From an uncultured virus (IMG/VR IMGVR_UViG_3300019287_000008) (Duplodnaviria > Heunggongvirae > Uroviricota > Caudoviricetes): a DNA stretch of 64,000 nucleotides. The translations under genes were made by a program, and so were the position numbers. The DNA lies in the IMG/VR virus record IMGVR_UViG_3300019287_000008, one strand, 5' to 3'. The notes under the pieces were generated by a model, which was given only the letters and a program-made list of their open reading frames with translations, did no database searches and had not been told where the DNA came from. Shown here piece after piece: positions 22,601 through 28,326 of this stretch; the first letter of the stretch is position 1, and each line of letters opens with the position of its first letter.

Positions 22601-23604
22601 GCCGTGGCATTATCCGCGATTTGGTTCGTGTCGGTGTGTTCGGCTATGTCCTGCAACTCGCATGGAACTTGGGCGCATATCTACCGTATCTCATTCTTGG
22701 TGAAGATGATGAAGAAAAAGACAAGATGTGGCAGGACGTGTGGAATCACTCTATGTTCGGCAGCATCGAAGGTCTGACCGGTGGCGATGTCATAAGTGCC
22801 GCAGGCAATATGTGGGTGAGCGGAGAAGGCAATCCCCAGTATCTCACGAAAGATATGCCGTTGGCAAGCGATGTCCTTTCTATCTTAAAGAAGATGGATA
22901 AAGACCAAGTGTCAGCCATGAACGATGTAATCAATCTTCTTGTGCAGTCAACTGTCGGTGTCAATCCCCAGTCATTGACTGATGCCGTCGTCGCCGTCAT
23001 GGACTACTGCGGAGACGATGCAGAGACTTCACGCGAGTGCGCCTTGCTCATGGCAAGAGTTCTCAACTGTCCGCAGAGCCAACTTGACAAAATCTATTTT
23101 GATGAGTTGGACGCTTCCGGGGAAGAGGCAAGCCAAATGACCCCGTCAGAGATTGCCGAGCGTTATGCCCGATACAAAGTAAGACGCGGTGCGCCCCTCA
23201 CCGGGTGGGCATACGGCAACGAACAGCGTGAGAAACTCATGGATAAGTACCGCGACCGAAGCAACACTCTTGCAAAAGAACGGTTGACGCGTGAGACTGA
23301 CAAGCAGGCAAGTCAGAACATGGCTCAATGGCTTGAAGAGTTTGAGGCGACCAAAGACCGCGTCAAGGAAATCAGAAAGGTCAAGAGCCGCGATGAGGAC
23401 CGGTACGATGAATTGCTCAATGAACTGGAGATAACACCTGAATATGACCGCTACGAAATCATCAAAGGCTATAAGCGTGATGTTGATGCGCTGACAAAGG
23501 AATGGCTCAATGCCACTACTCCTGCTCAACGTGACTCTTGCGCACAGGCCATCATCAGATTGAAGAGCGACATGGTAAGAGAGTTGATAAACACGCAACA
23601 ATAG
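4615..23604 (+). CDS. Giant polyvalent DarB-like protein (6329 aa)
   Basis: Motifs: ParB-like VLSGNNRTM (~9310); pyrophosphatase-like PTEAQKAAGNYK...DGDHIDVF (~10700-11150); PBECR-like (~11170-11700); methyltransferase FSGWGGL, VLEGSAGIG, TNVPF (~14000-14800); SNF2 HEVGTGKT (16513), DEAH (17131), ATGTPISN, QRMGRLLRQGN; metallopeptidase HEVAGH (19465). Confidence 0.85.
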   Translation: MAEDKVTNLYNAFVKNGYAMEPEAQFRENLKDPKKRKAAYDALVADGYNMEPFADFESNIGFGAPTPAPAPTAPTPQQQAQPAATAAPTSVPASATAEEQEQAPVQSQPEQAAWQPSEQEKIRMSYQIHTMLNDFNQRSRERIAQVQRMTEPLTAEGRKKRAAKKFQAQLAGTKTTAGLGLNVPSGQIYDGGSPQPYGVEYVDGKPVTQWLMPDGSLTTSQFAADRAEDTARKNRLRHQFENRMKQNGLDPAKPEDVEMQAQYDAQAPAYDAVAELWQEAEEKHKADKERNADREWSNYAAMGGGREMRIVTTAANRHADNISHMTRFDLQKMMDNAWARAGSKVTANCYNRLRQQYPDASEEELQTTASQMARQLTDNAVYQYAVQQNTPKSTLEYFGRTVADMNVINSISKGLARSQAGTSGDLAAYEAAMGEYGKNHRVAQIAGTVTGMAVDPVTWVSGGVGSLAGKGAINIGGRIVAGRAATSMSTQLGSRIFSSSLTGRIITGAAAGGGNFATYEMLKEGESQFLHGGHINSETGENEGYSAGAMLSAGGHGLVLGSVTGTLSPMIGNVADKTVKATTSTAAKAGVRLGEVAVSTLAEGTIFSVPEWINGDSDAMDVWTDNMAMMLGFKVSHGVKSAPRVIASLRPVKPVGGRPLTQAERNHNRMDFEERLRRNLDASPSDLSFTSDEREELRRAGYGELADLFSRDRVQEVQRPDIDPAEGAIELRAERVEAETISRNPEFDGYSSMEELMQDGRVSQSARAKAYYILTGRRLPMASVTGYTTNKDADGRVTVNSIAANGEVVTSRTFKNEQEAKQETDNIMRQAELNSVDVGERYKEAVADDMVLDAAISEVSPGADPATIKKIYRAVKAGNKDVTESQVQLVEFLDDAIGRNKEIADKYRPEAIRAELMNETGIDVDVVLRKMPGKRTEVEQAAVKSYLERLFPEEARQQNADPTPEQAEAQNRYEQGRLLYGRFEEGDPTVQADVDAIALRMQEAYQAVEDAFGAEAEYYMFHVNENPWALVNDPELTAEQQDAVLYYINAKAALDGVMDASNEVADRKRAEVEQSVGKRTHKDNGIIIPATMKVDDRQVYVVKGDVVMFPDGSAVDVRNSSESVVVMDAQTGEYEFTSPDQIFKVSEAVNPQDELDTALSVIEQEQMSVFGQNAIAPEEPAEGEAPIDQSADVSPEPAPETASTEEYDRGYEQGLEEAAKADDAWVANLIKIYSQNTPESMPETMKGRLDAFLYEQQRRAQSVPEMPENVPNPTENSVSDAEIAPETVSSVENGQQTALSRIPLNEQGEPRFEAVDKDTAWDGLVEAVGGETDAVDIAMAQVQQASTDLEALKKKPPTLKAPKLKGSPMAMAQAKREAAEQYQRDLAQYNQQIADTEARLATWNGIVGIYTSRNAELRRQQEEERRQRDAIAHDEAVARFEEEQRIKAEKQAEQERIGVHAVNPKIRERWESAPKVEGNEDALTLPDGSTISGRYILTEAGAASPSHDVNNAYAPTEGFPIDENGQSVNDRDYQRDKDAQQKVEGMAGNYDNRALQDPVIVSKDGVVLSGNNRTMSGDLAARQGTDRAYNDYLAQFGHKKYGFTPEQVASMKNPRVVFVPDEALPYDATTFARFNAQEKKSQGKPEAAVKLGKIVPYNVFTSIVNDISRYDRLSDYYADEKAIAHALGALMQAGVINDMQMPEMRTGTALSAAGKELIENTLIGKVFQTSPDAVRQIISMPTLRQSIVMGLNEIANNRTLARNGYDISEELAKAVDLVTRAKAAMPDVYTDGMPVSPFGRMQGLFDDEFGDSRVADATALLLADILNSGKPSDLRKVLTSYNNEAAQASGGQMDMFSGSIPTKEEILTTVNEHFRNATPKEQQALVDAAIAERKRRAEADAEQRERSEASEQTPNDDERSAVPQQPTADGGTELEPLAKERNDIHEDTPEEAALRARISVGDEWEEKGPAPDKPIYKRKLYVDGKHEVIQTDAPDKNGSYTGSQLTYEGRDFGDLKEIADYIDGGMQAEPTEAQKAAGNYKMEHRRVDGYNISIENAKGSVRRGTGADGKPWETTMQNDYGYIRGTEGVDGDHIDVFLSDTPEEGDVFVVDQVNEDGSFDEHKVMYGFPTEQAARDAYLSNYEPGWTGLGAITHVSKDEFKKWIQSSRRKTKPFAEYKSVKPIVGNDMIGRSLTEQEATELIARMEATAEVAPTIELTPENWIAQFGEDGTVETPIGIVKMGANQLLKLYSTKRTGYFGMIHPTLSTPDVILEEADPKEGSERDSKYLFIKTFVKSDGTRIVHFESVTVKKDGMEVSISSHEIKDKSLKNKMQNDIVLHLDEKLSPSSEMRLTEAPSESEGPDLVPTSDNVISSDRKDNTLSADKQAESAESSEPYTITPTTYTNKKGKTSDVHLVKFNRELTAEEKAALDTFVREPLAEGKKTSRGWYDRKQGGYMMRSEEAARQLGEMLGNEEAVADVQPMTAEELREAVGASRTRNPRPKKSPINRVSLEDVMTDLSTKGETKLSDHAEPVKAEQEAQHEISDDEMQWLANELRELLGIGEDEGDADIKFRDPGELTPQERQRIQSAGIRLAMGLVERDTTSFPDYATKMVGLLGDKIRPWLKSFYEGARWTPGYEKYAFTPTEQVAVFDVQNFDKKQADPIAQAAMIVEERKAATASEQAQKELIETRNKNRRENDKQREADTAALAEKAEAVAGEAEVTAQSAGTGEAGRKRILRDLKRVDDTLDEVNDQLAILGYYEAEEVDKDFNEAYGYMRNAEKKAVKDAVELAKQLVNDLGLGLDKVTGSTTANRGKRKNAVTANIAPAGGDISIRLPLNEGRELYITIGLDPSVTPGDVTYSGDNLQATRIMYRVEWPDEKGHVSFDRMGRNCWADANVTYADLLKGIQREAKEYLPSSTPAEAEETHNGYKIGDEVMWDRYGNGNWEKVKIEDFDTDGGPIFEAVKGVMSEKGDWSRVKPADGIFGEAKRVARATQEKKRSSRKKDVTLKPEQPFGDLFGGLFDNTQSLSNHEETEMGTRPGEAGRQRQQLKQDTQVGGDEPRRETERPAGEAGSGSTGMDSDADRAGSRGLHDVATQPALERLPEKERKNVHNNHVERGTEVAPKSESARIKANIAAIETMKKLEASGEAPTAADMKKLRAFSGWGGLGKAFSDWDTSRQLRQLLGDKLYDEGAEMSRNSAYFTPAYIVDAMWDIARAMGFKGGRVLEGSAGIGNVLGLMPQDLSERSYIRAVEKDPTTGKMLSLLYPDAVVDIDGFEKVKIETGTYDLVITNVPFVPGLKVADTSGDGDISKEFKTSIHDFCIAKNVRKLRDGGVGVFITTAGSMDGTGRLHKWLSNRENADIVGMFRMHNETFGGTNATSDIIVVRKRVNGVKSPNAIDCSLTTGVRTAEYDTGEKKKVKNVGEVPIIKTLSMSYNRYYVEHPEYMAGEMHFGFEKGDTSFRPESKGLYPIKEKDQSQLLSQWVEDMKQKLADTSEEPAPTVMNHRDEYVPTYDKVGNEVKTGTVVVDSQGRICVNYDGTARPLMSKLDNKNPKSADERIAQFNKNKVKGRSRVQVVQDYNAIKKALNDLLEYQKTSDSDEGLQPKLKALNRAFDSFVATYGHLHGNNGLAWLKNDVDYPSVIALETYREEGLEHKKVFGKADIFSRRVVVRPEQPKATNVRDGVTLSIRQTGSLDTRYIAEQLGMSEADVRREVIEAGLGYENPLTHSMEAAHEYLSGNVREKMQQAEVNNEDGRYTPNITALRKVVPHNIPSHFIEFSIGSSWLRPELFEQYVKERTGASVKLTYAGGMWAMDKPKWTGEQDKSFGIRSEICDKIITGTELIEAAMTNRTIRVSKQQKDGPTISDPKATSACAAKVDEIRDDFKSWLRSRMESAPELAKEIEETYNNIFNNSAPMTIPDEYIPEYFDGAARVIGGKPIKMRKHQSKAIVRGTMQSLMLAHEVGTGKTFTLITTAMEMRRLGTAKKPMIVVQNATLGQFVASAKALYPDARILSLEDKDRNAEGRKDFYAKIRYNDWDMVVIPQSVLERIPDHPDRERRFIEESIQEKMDVIEAMSKDREAGRAVAALKKDVENLRDQLNKLSDTETAEGEVTERVMVTSGSKPKKDGKRAAIAKENAKTRAEEMLNRATDDTLNFDDLGVDAILVDEAHEYKHLGFATAMQRGVKGVDPSYSKKCQGLYLKVKAVQEKSGGRNVIFATGTPISNTAAEVWTFMRYLLPREVMEGHNIWHFDDFVRNFGSIQQMLEFTTQGTYKENNRFAGYSNLPELARIWAGITDTVLTAEAGEVKSQIPELEGGQPTDLYLPQTNGLRAVLKFVRAQLKAYDEMSGQEKKENSHIPLVMYGIAKAAAIDARLVMANAPDDPHSKTNEAVRQTLRSLEDSKAYNGTVAIFADNYQRKNKGTGAVEFNLFDDIRTKLIAQGVPAEQVVIMRDGMTDKAKEKIFAKVNAGEIRVILGTTQRLGVGVNIQERLHTLMHIDAPNRPMDYWQRMGRLLRQGNMHKEMGIPVRVIRFGVEDSLDVTAYQRLKTKGAIADAIMHSKDLLANNLENRILEEEGDEFGNITAELSGSQYAMLQNQTEKELRKLQAKQDQHRQHQMYIHRAEPRLREQIEKFGNDIMRSNEILALLENNPTTITINGKTYQSREDMQKVFEAHNKAMAAKKQSVQQDEPITSTLTFDIGNVHFTLTTHVSQIAGYGGQGPLSFDVDVQHDVVSHDIDYKRSFGDIPLKRIINELVDSVTSGKEERSNREAWVNAKERNETDLAALLKDKGKPFEHGERIKELEQKLEEYTIAMQEELKEKEAKYAEMDANIEDATDITFTSEDDEDSEDTPTNGDGNKYREDDDIDYSTLSDSNPMAMEARISELSKKVHTPVRIIRSLEELNEITSHRKRNAKGWWSAKDNEVVIVLPNNVNVADVDNTFVHEVAGHKGLRAFIGEERFNEFLGEVYNHASNPIRKVIDKKTDDMVNAEADRLRVRKAQARERAGEDVNSSYYADMAEARVEAEAKREEFRKEATEEYMSELGGRIGSEGFEKMSRDELTLWGKIKAKVQSFLDKFLRGLKIAKSIRLNDKDLSYILYKSWKNLRDKQGKGGVFAEAEDVVMRRRTGYDADDVTRFRDPGLGLEETITKMKAEALQANTDNLQAKRDAMRAIGGNLNHLRQAMARQREYDITTVKSVADLARILMDANLLDDLSKYETKRILGAINNVVGKQDVSRYVQKVMDIMVDNQLRMGANTLGRLLSIRGSHVDARGIEVQGELDPDGQRIAQVVRKATSLPKDNIDIRIAEAINRMSSTDQAIADDATIEYAGLQIARQYVEDITESKAEEKALRDSIKQAKEDKDAGQMTEDAYRQYVASTEDAIRQNKIERAEAFHSLVEQVGGVLNESVERAKAWREAEKQRVEEIHHNANSDMEGRPTDEHHKDDRTQKLVNNSGVRFLLAPLATFDQMLRMFGKKNTRGEGYLWNRYMRGWVSATEKEYTGYRDALKVLDAKVSEIYGKDMKWGDLFSIDRKLPKASVRFFDGGEMKDHELTQGNLLYIYMADKMSDGRMKLRRMGITEEDIEDIKNFLDPKFIQLADWMQEEFLVDKRNEYNEVHKRMFGASMAAIENYFPLKILANARLENVDVADDTTDTALPATSTGSIIKRRRNNLALDVTGANAFSVILDHLQQMERWAAFAEFNRDLNTLLSYKRFRNQVMNMSSVYGGGKTLWNNVRNVCRMAAGAYRPPIAALDKSAVNIAKGVTAAKVSFRVFTALKQFLSMPAYISDSNPMYLAANIANPIGAWRWSMKNLPLFEKRWSSRMAGDPRLLKSDMDWKMWRSRIVEIASRVGMSPNAFVDALTVAIGSHSMYQTKLAKYKRQGYAHDVAEARAKQDATILFNQTQQSSEGAFLSTMQVDRSWLSVLFTVFRNSSMSYTRQLYDSIRNLGHRFTPGYKGLSEEFMAKQMRRDGIDPDKADRNAKQEYRRGIIRDLVRVGVFGYVLQLAWNLGAYLPYLILGEDDEEKDKMWQDVWNHSMFGSIEGLTGGDVISAAGNMWVSGEGNPQYLTKDMPLASDVLSILKKMDKDQVSAMNDVINLLVQSTVGVNPQSLTDAVVAVMDYCGDDAETSRECALLMARVLNCPQSQLDKIYFDELDASGEEASQMTPSEIAERYARYKVRRGAPLTGWAYGNEQREKLMDKYRDRSNTLAKERLTRETDKQASQNMAQWLEEFEATKDRVKEIRKVKSRDEDRYDELLNELEITPEYDRYEIIKGYKRDVDALTKEWLNATTPAQRDSCAQAIIRLKSDMVRELINTQQ

Positions 23605-23640
23605 TTAAACGATAGTGGACGATGCATGGAGTTATCTTTG
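23599..23640 (+). promoter_or_regulatory. Promoter for the portal gene
   Basis: CAATAGTTAAA (23599-23609) plus TATCTTTG (23633-23640). Confidence 0.65.
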
Positions 23641-23715
23641 CGCATGGTCAAAAATCAAGGTGGCAAAGCGACCTGCGGTCGATGACTTTGCACCGTCCAC
23701 TATATACCAATCACA

Positions 23716-25671
23716 ATGGCAAAGAAGAAATTACATAAAGCAAGCCGCGTAATGCCCAAGAGTGAACTGGACAGCGTGGCACGCGCCAAGAGTACGGGGC
23801 GCAACCGAGCCTTTGATGTTCTATGGGAAGCGCAACAATATTGGCAGGCAATGGAGACATTCCGTCAAGACCGAGAGCGCAACAAGAACTATACATACGG
23901 CAGACAGTGGGATGACTATATCTGCGTTGACGGTAAGATGGTCAAGGAAGAGGACTACATCAAGTCGCAGGGTAATGTCGCGTTAAAAAACAACCTTATC
24001 CGCCGAATGGTGCAGTCGGTACTCGGCGTGTACCGCAGTCAAGCCAAAGAGCCGACCTGCACGGCGCGAGACCGCGATGAGCAGAAATACGGAGAAACAA
24101 TGTCGACCGTCCTGCAATGCAATATGCAGCTCAACCGCATGACTGAGATAAATGCCCGGTGCATGGAAGAGTTTCTTATCTCCGGTTTTGTGGTACAGCG
24201 AAAATGGTATGGCTGGCGCAATGACAAACTGGATTGTTGGACGGACTACGTTCAGCCAAACAATTTCTTTATTGATAATAATATGCGAGACTTCCGAGGG
24301 TGGGATGTGTCCTGTCTCGGTGAAGTTCACGATATATCGTTTGAGGAGTTGTGCGGACGCTTCGCCCATAACGAGGCCGACTATTCAAGACTTTCCGAGA
24401 TATACGCCCATGCACGAGATAAGGCTGTGGTAGGTGCTACCTATGACTATTTCGGTTATCCGTTGCAGGGATATTTCGACTTCCTTGTACCTCGTGACCT
24501 CACACGCTGTCGCGTGATAGAGGTATGGCGCAAAGAGAGCAAGCCACGTTACCGTTGCCACGATGTCAACAATGGCGATGTGTTTAAGATTGACATCGCG
24601 GATTATGAGGAATTTGTCGGCAGTGTCAACAGGGAACGCCTGCGAGAAGGTGCGGAACTGGGCATGGAGCCGGGCGAAATTCCGTTAATTCAATGTGAGT
24701 GGTTTATTGATTCATACTGGTATTATTACTATCTGACACCTTTTGGCGACATACTTGACGAGGGAGAAACACCTTACGAACACAAGAGCCATCCTTATGT
24801 GTTCAAGGCATATCCATTTATTGACGGCGAGATACATTCATTTGTAAGCAATGTGATCGACCAACAGCGATATACCAATCGCCTCATCACGATGTACGAC
24901 TGGATTATGCGTGCAAGCGCAAAGGGTGTGCTACTCTTCCCGGAAGAATGTCTGCCAAAAGGAATGTCAATTGAAGATATAGCAGACGAGTGGGCGCGCT
25001 TCAACGGCGTGATAATGATAAAGCAACCAAAGACAGGCACGGCATTACCGCAGCAGGTTGCCAACAACTGCACGCAGATAGGCATTACCGAGTTGCTGAA
25101 TATGCAGCTTAAGCTCTTTGAGGACATATCGGGCGTGAACGGCGCATTGCAGGGCAAACCCGGCTATTCGGGTATGTCGGCCAGTCTCTACAATCAGCAG
25201 GCGCAGAACGCAACGACCTCGTTGCTTGACCTGCTTGATACATTCTCTTCTTTTATCAAAGACGGTGCGACAAAGGATGTCAAAAACATACAGCAGTTTT
25301 ATGATACACCGCGAGTATTTAACATCGCAGGCAAGAACTCGGCAATCGTTGAGTACGACCCACGCAAAATCCGTGACGTTGAGTTTGACCTGTCAATCGT
25401 TGAAAGCACGTCAACCCCGGCGTATCGCGCGATTGCGAACGATATTCTGATGAAACTGTTTGAGGTGCAGGCAATCTCAGTGGAGCAATTGCTTGAACAC
25501 GGCGACTTCCCATTTGCCGATAAACTCCTGCAAAGTATCAAGAGCCAGCGTGAACAACTGGAGAAAGGCCAGATGCCGGACGGTCTATCGCCCGAACTTG
25601 CACAACAGGTCCAGCAGGGAGCAAATATGCAGGCAGCCCAAAAGGCACATCAGATGTTGATGGCAGCATAA
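23716..25671 (+). CDS. Portal protein (P22-like)
   Basis: 651 aa with Y.YGRQW, NLIRRMV, IDQQRYTNR and EDISGVN segments and a Gln-rich tail; adjacent to terL. Confidence 0.8.
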   Translation: MAKKKLHKASRVMPKSELDSVARAKSTGRNRAFDVLWEAQQYWQAMETFRQDRERNKNYTYGRQWDDYICVDGKMVKEEDYIKSQGNVALKNNLIRRMVQSVLGVYRSQAKEPTCTARDRDEQKYGETMSTVLQCNMQLNRMTEINARCMEEFLISGFVVQRKWYGWRNDKLDCWTDYVQPNNFFIDNNMRDFRGWDVSCLGEVHDISFEELCGRFAHNEADYSRLSEIYAHARDKAVVGATYDYFGYPLQGYFDFLVPRDLTRCRVIEVWRKESKPRYRCHDVNNGDVFKIDIADYEEFVGSVNRERLREGAELGMEPGEIPLIQCEWFIDSYWYYYYLTPFGDILDEGETPYEHKSHPYVFKAYPFIDGEIHSFVSNVIDQQRYTNRLITMYDWIMRASAKGVLLFPEECLPKGMSIEDIADEWARFNGVIMIKQPKTGTALPQQVANNCTQIGITELLNMQLKLFEDISGVNGALQGKPGYSGMSASLYNQQAQNATTSLLDLLDTFSSFIKDGATKDVKNIQQFYDTPRVFNIAGKNSAIVEYDPRKIRDVEFDLSIVESTSTPAYRAIANDILMKLFEVQAISVEQLLEHGDFPFADKLLQSIKSQREQLEKGQMPDGLSPELAQQVQQGANMQAAQKAHQMLMAA

Positions 25672-25679
25672 CTATACAA

Positions 25680-27791
25680 TCAGAAAACGGCCTCGGAAAC
25701 GGGGCCTTTTCTTTTTCTCGCCTGTTCCAGCTTTTTGGGGATAATCCGTGGAATCTCCATCTCATAGAAGCAGATGTGCATACCGATAGCGCGTGTCATC
25801 AGCAAGTCATCGTGCTTGCCAACAATCGCACCATACGCCCCATTGGGCTTGCGTTCATATGTAAGATACTCAGCGAGACAACGCTTATCGCGCTCTGTGT
25901 ACAGATGTTCTCGTATGACCTTGACAAGCGTTGATATAATCATCGGCTTTGTGGCGATGTTGGTGTGGAAGCCGTATTTACGCGGAATTCCCTGCCTTAT
26001 CTCGTCCTCAGACTGACGGCGTGCGTAGAGGTTTGGATATATGGTTGAAATCTGATTGAGGATATATTGCGACTGGTCGCCACCCTCTACTTGCCTTTCG
26101 CGGTCATGTGTCTCAAGAGTGTTGCTCTCTATAACCAGCAAGGAGTTGTTATAATAAGCCGCCACCTGTGCAGCTTTCCACGCGAGGCGGTCAATATCGC
26201 AATGCCCATACCATTGAGCGACCACAGCCGGGCGACCACCCTCAATCATATTCAAGCGGTCAATAACAAGGATAACCGACCAGTCGGCTTTAGACGAGCG
26301 ACCGCCCACGTCAACGACAGTCAGATAGCGGTCAGTAATCTCAACATCATCATCTTCTTCGGGTTTCGCCCATATCCACAACTGCCCTTGCCTGTCCTCA
26401 TGGAAACGCAGATTTTCAAGAGCCGATTCTCCCTCGTCTCCATCGGCATACACATCACCGATAAAACGAGGCGGACGGCACGCCTTGTCAAATTCTTCAA
26501 CGTGGTATTTGTCAAACACCATTGTGCCGGAATGAACAAACGCCTCAACATCATCAGAGGGAAACTCGGAAGCCATAACGCCGTGGTCGTTCTTACCGCT
26601 ACGCTCCTTGATGTACCAGTTGATTGCTTCCAGTGATGCACCTTTCTCCCACAGCCACCAAAGATACTTACCGCATTCCTCGCGTGTGGATAGTACATTG
26701 TCGTTCTCCCGATTTTCGTAGAGCCACCGGGCAAAGTCACGCAGAGCCTCGCCGCTGTCAAAAGGCAGAGAATACTGCTCAATCTGAAACCATGAAATAA
26801 ACAACGCTTCAAACTGCGAGGGTATATCGGGGTCAGCGGCCGCAGAATATTCAGTGTGGAAGAAATTACCGGTTCCGTTTGCCGTTGATTCCATTACAAT
26901 CATGGTAAGCGGACGCAGGAGAATACCCGAACATGCAGAACGCACAATATCTTCGGGCGACTTGCCGTCAGTCTTTTTCCATATACCGACTTCGGAGAGG
27001 TGTACAAGAGAGTACGCACCGCCACGACAACCATCAGGACGCTCTGCTGTACCAATTTTAATCTTGCAGTTGCGCTGAGGCACGCGCGATGTGGAGCCGG
27101 ATTTACCGACCCCGACCATTTTAGGCTCATTCTCATTGTAGGTTTCTCCCATGTCATAGAGCAATTCAATAGGATATTCCTTAATCATCGTGTCGAACAT
27201 ATCCTTGATTTCATCGGAAGCCGTGCCTTGATGGGCGATGATAAGTGAATTGAGACCACGTTTGTGAAAGAACTGCAACCAAGCCATATACAACTGGGTC
27301 GTAGTGGAGCCGCCCCACTGACGTGCTTTCAGCAGGATAAGACGTATCGGCAGACCCGCCTTTCGCTTCTCTTCAAAGCGTGATACCAGTATGCGTTGAG
27401 GATAGCGCAGGCGAAAAAGCACGTCCGCGCCTGCGTCCTTGTTGTGTATCCACACAAGTGTAGCTGCCCAAAACGGAAAGTCATGACGATAGCGTAAGCG
27501 GATAAATTTTTCTGCAACCTTGTCATGGTCGATGTCGTTAGGCTCAACGTGCATGACATCGGAAAGGAATTTATCAATAGATCCGGCCTTGATAAGTTTG
27601 CCGACAAAAGGGATTGCCATCATCTCGGCAGGCAACCACTGAACAGGTATAGCGAAATCGGAGATATATACCTGCACCCTCTCTCCAATAGACCCTTCCC
27701 CAGTTATCGGGTTGAACGGCGCATACATCACCTCATTCCTGCGGTCGTTCTCCGTCAATATCTTTTCTATATCGGTCAAACTGCTTGTCAT
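25680..27791 (-). CDS. terL: Terminase large subunit (start probably 27791 or 27800, not 28142)
   Basis: Walker A-like LKARQWGGST, Walker B-like VHLSEVG, MESTANG coupling motif, RNase H-like VVDVGG and HDDLLM. Confidence 0.9.
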   Translation of the reverse strand: MTSSLTDIEKILTENDRRNEVMYAPFNPITGEGSIGERVQVYISDFAIPVQWLPAEMMAIPFVGKLIKAGSIDKFLSDVMHVEPNDIDHDKVAEKFIRLRYRHDFPFWAATLVWIHNKDAGADVLFRLRYPQRILVSRFEEKRKAGLPIRLILLKARQWGGSTTTQLYMAWLQFFHKRGLNSLIIAHQGTASDEIKDMFDTMIKEYPIELLYDMGETYNENEPKMVGVGKSGSTSRVPQRNCKIKIGTAERPDGCRGGAYSLVHLSEVGIWKKTDGKSPEDIVRSACSGILLRPLTMIVMESTANGTGNFFHTEYSAAADPDIPSQFEALFISWFQIEQYSLPFDSGEALRDFARWLYENRENDNVLSTREECGKYLWWLWEKGASLEAINWYIKERSGKNDHGVMASEFPSDDVEAFVHSGTMVFDKYHVEEFDKACRPPRFIGDVYADGDEGESALENLRFHEDRQGQLWIWAKPEEDDDVEITDRYLTVVDVGGRSSKADWSVILVIDRLNMIEGGRPAVVAQWYGHCDIDRLAWKAAQVAAYYNNSLLVIESNTLETHDRERQVEGGDQSQYILNQISTIYPNLYARRQSEDEIRQGIPRKYGFHTNIATKPMIISTLVKVIREHLYTERDKRCLAEYLTYERKPNGAYGAIVGKHDDLLMTRAIGMHICFYEMEIPRIIPKKLEQARKRKGPVSEAVF

Positions 27792-28191
27792 ACCAACCAT
27801 TCTTAATACGATATATAAATTCTCCAACAGTACGAGGTGTGAGATAAAATTTCGGTGCAGGCTGACGAACAATATCAGACACCAAAACAAAAAGTGATTT
27901 ATCCGGGTGTAAGTCGCGTAGAGCAATATATCTGCGAAATATCTCTTCAAACATCTCACGTTTATTCGGGCGCATACGTGAGAATGGCTTTCCAACCAAC
28001 ATACGCGATACCTCAACGGCGGCACGTTCTTCGGAAACCCAAAAGCGTTTGGCCGGAGATTCAGCCACTTTTTCAAAAATTTCGGGCATGATAATGTAGT
28101 TAGCCAATGCAAGCTGCTCACGATACGCACGCATAAGGTCATCGTTGCGCTCTCGTGTAAAATCCATTATTGAGCCGAAATGTTTTGCCAT
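27733..28191 (-). CDS. Hypothetical phage protein, possibly DNA-binding (152 aa)
   Basis: Clean ORF with a TAACTTTG promoter upstream (~28226-28233, minus strand); overlaps the terL start. Confidence 0.7.
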   Translation of the reverse strand: MAKHFGSIMDFTRERNDDLMRAYREQLALANYIIMPEIFEKVAESPAKRFWVSEERAAVEVSRMLVGKPFSRMRPNKREMFEEIFRRYIALRDLHPDKSLFVLVSDIVRQPAPKFYLTPRTVGEFIYRIKNGWYDKQFDRYRKDIDGERPQE

Positions 28192-28247
28192 CTATTCCAT
28201 TGCGATATTGATTGAAAGGTACTTGCAAAGTTACCCAATTCACGTCA

Positions 28248-28289
28248 CAAAACTTAAAAGTCGCCCACGAATTTATAACCTTACTTTTG
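28248..28289 (+). promoter_or_regulatory. Promoter for the head operon
   Basis: CAAAACTTAAA (28248-28258) plus TACTTTTG (28282-28289). Confidence 0.65.
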
Positions 28290-28326
28290 CGCATAAGATT
28301 GACACAACCATAAGATTTTCAAAGTA

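Noticed and set aside
27792..28142. N-terminal extension of terL in the ORF track
   Set aside because: It overlaps the credible 152-aa gene in another frame and does not look like terminase sequence.
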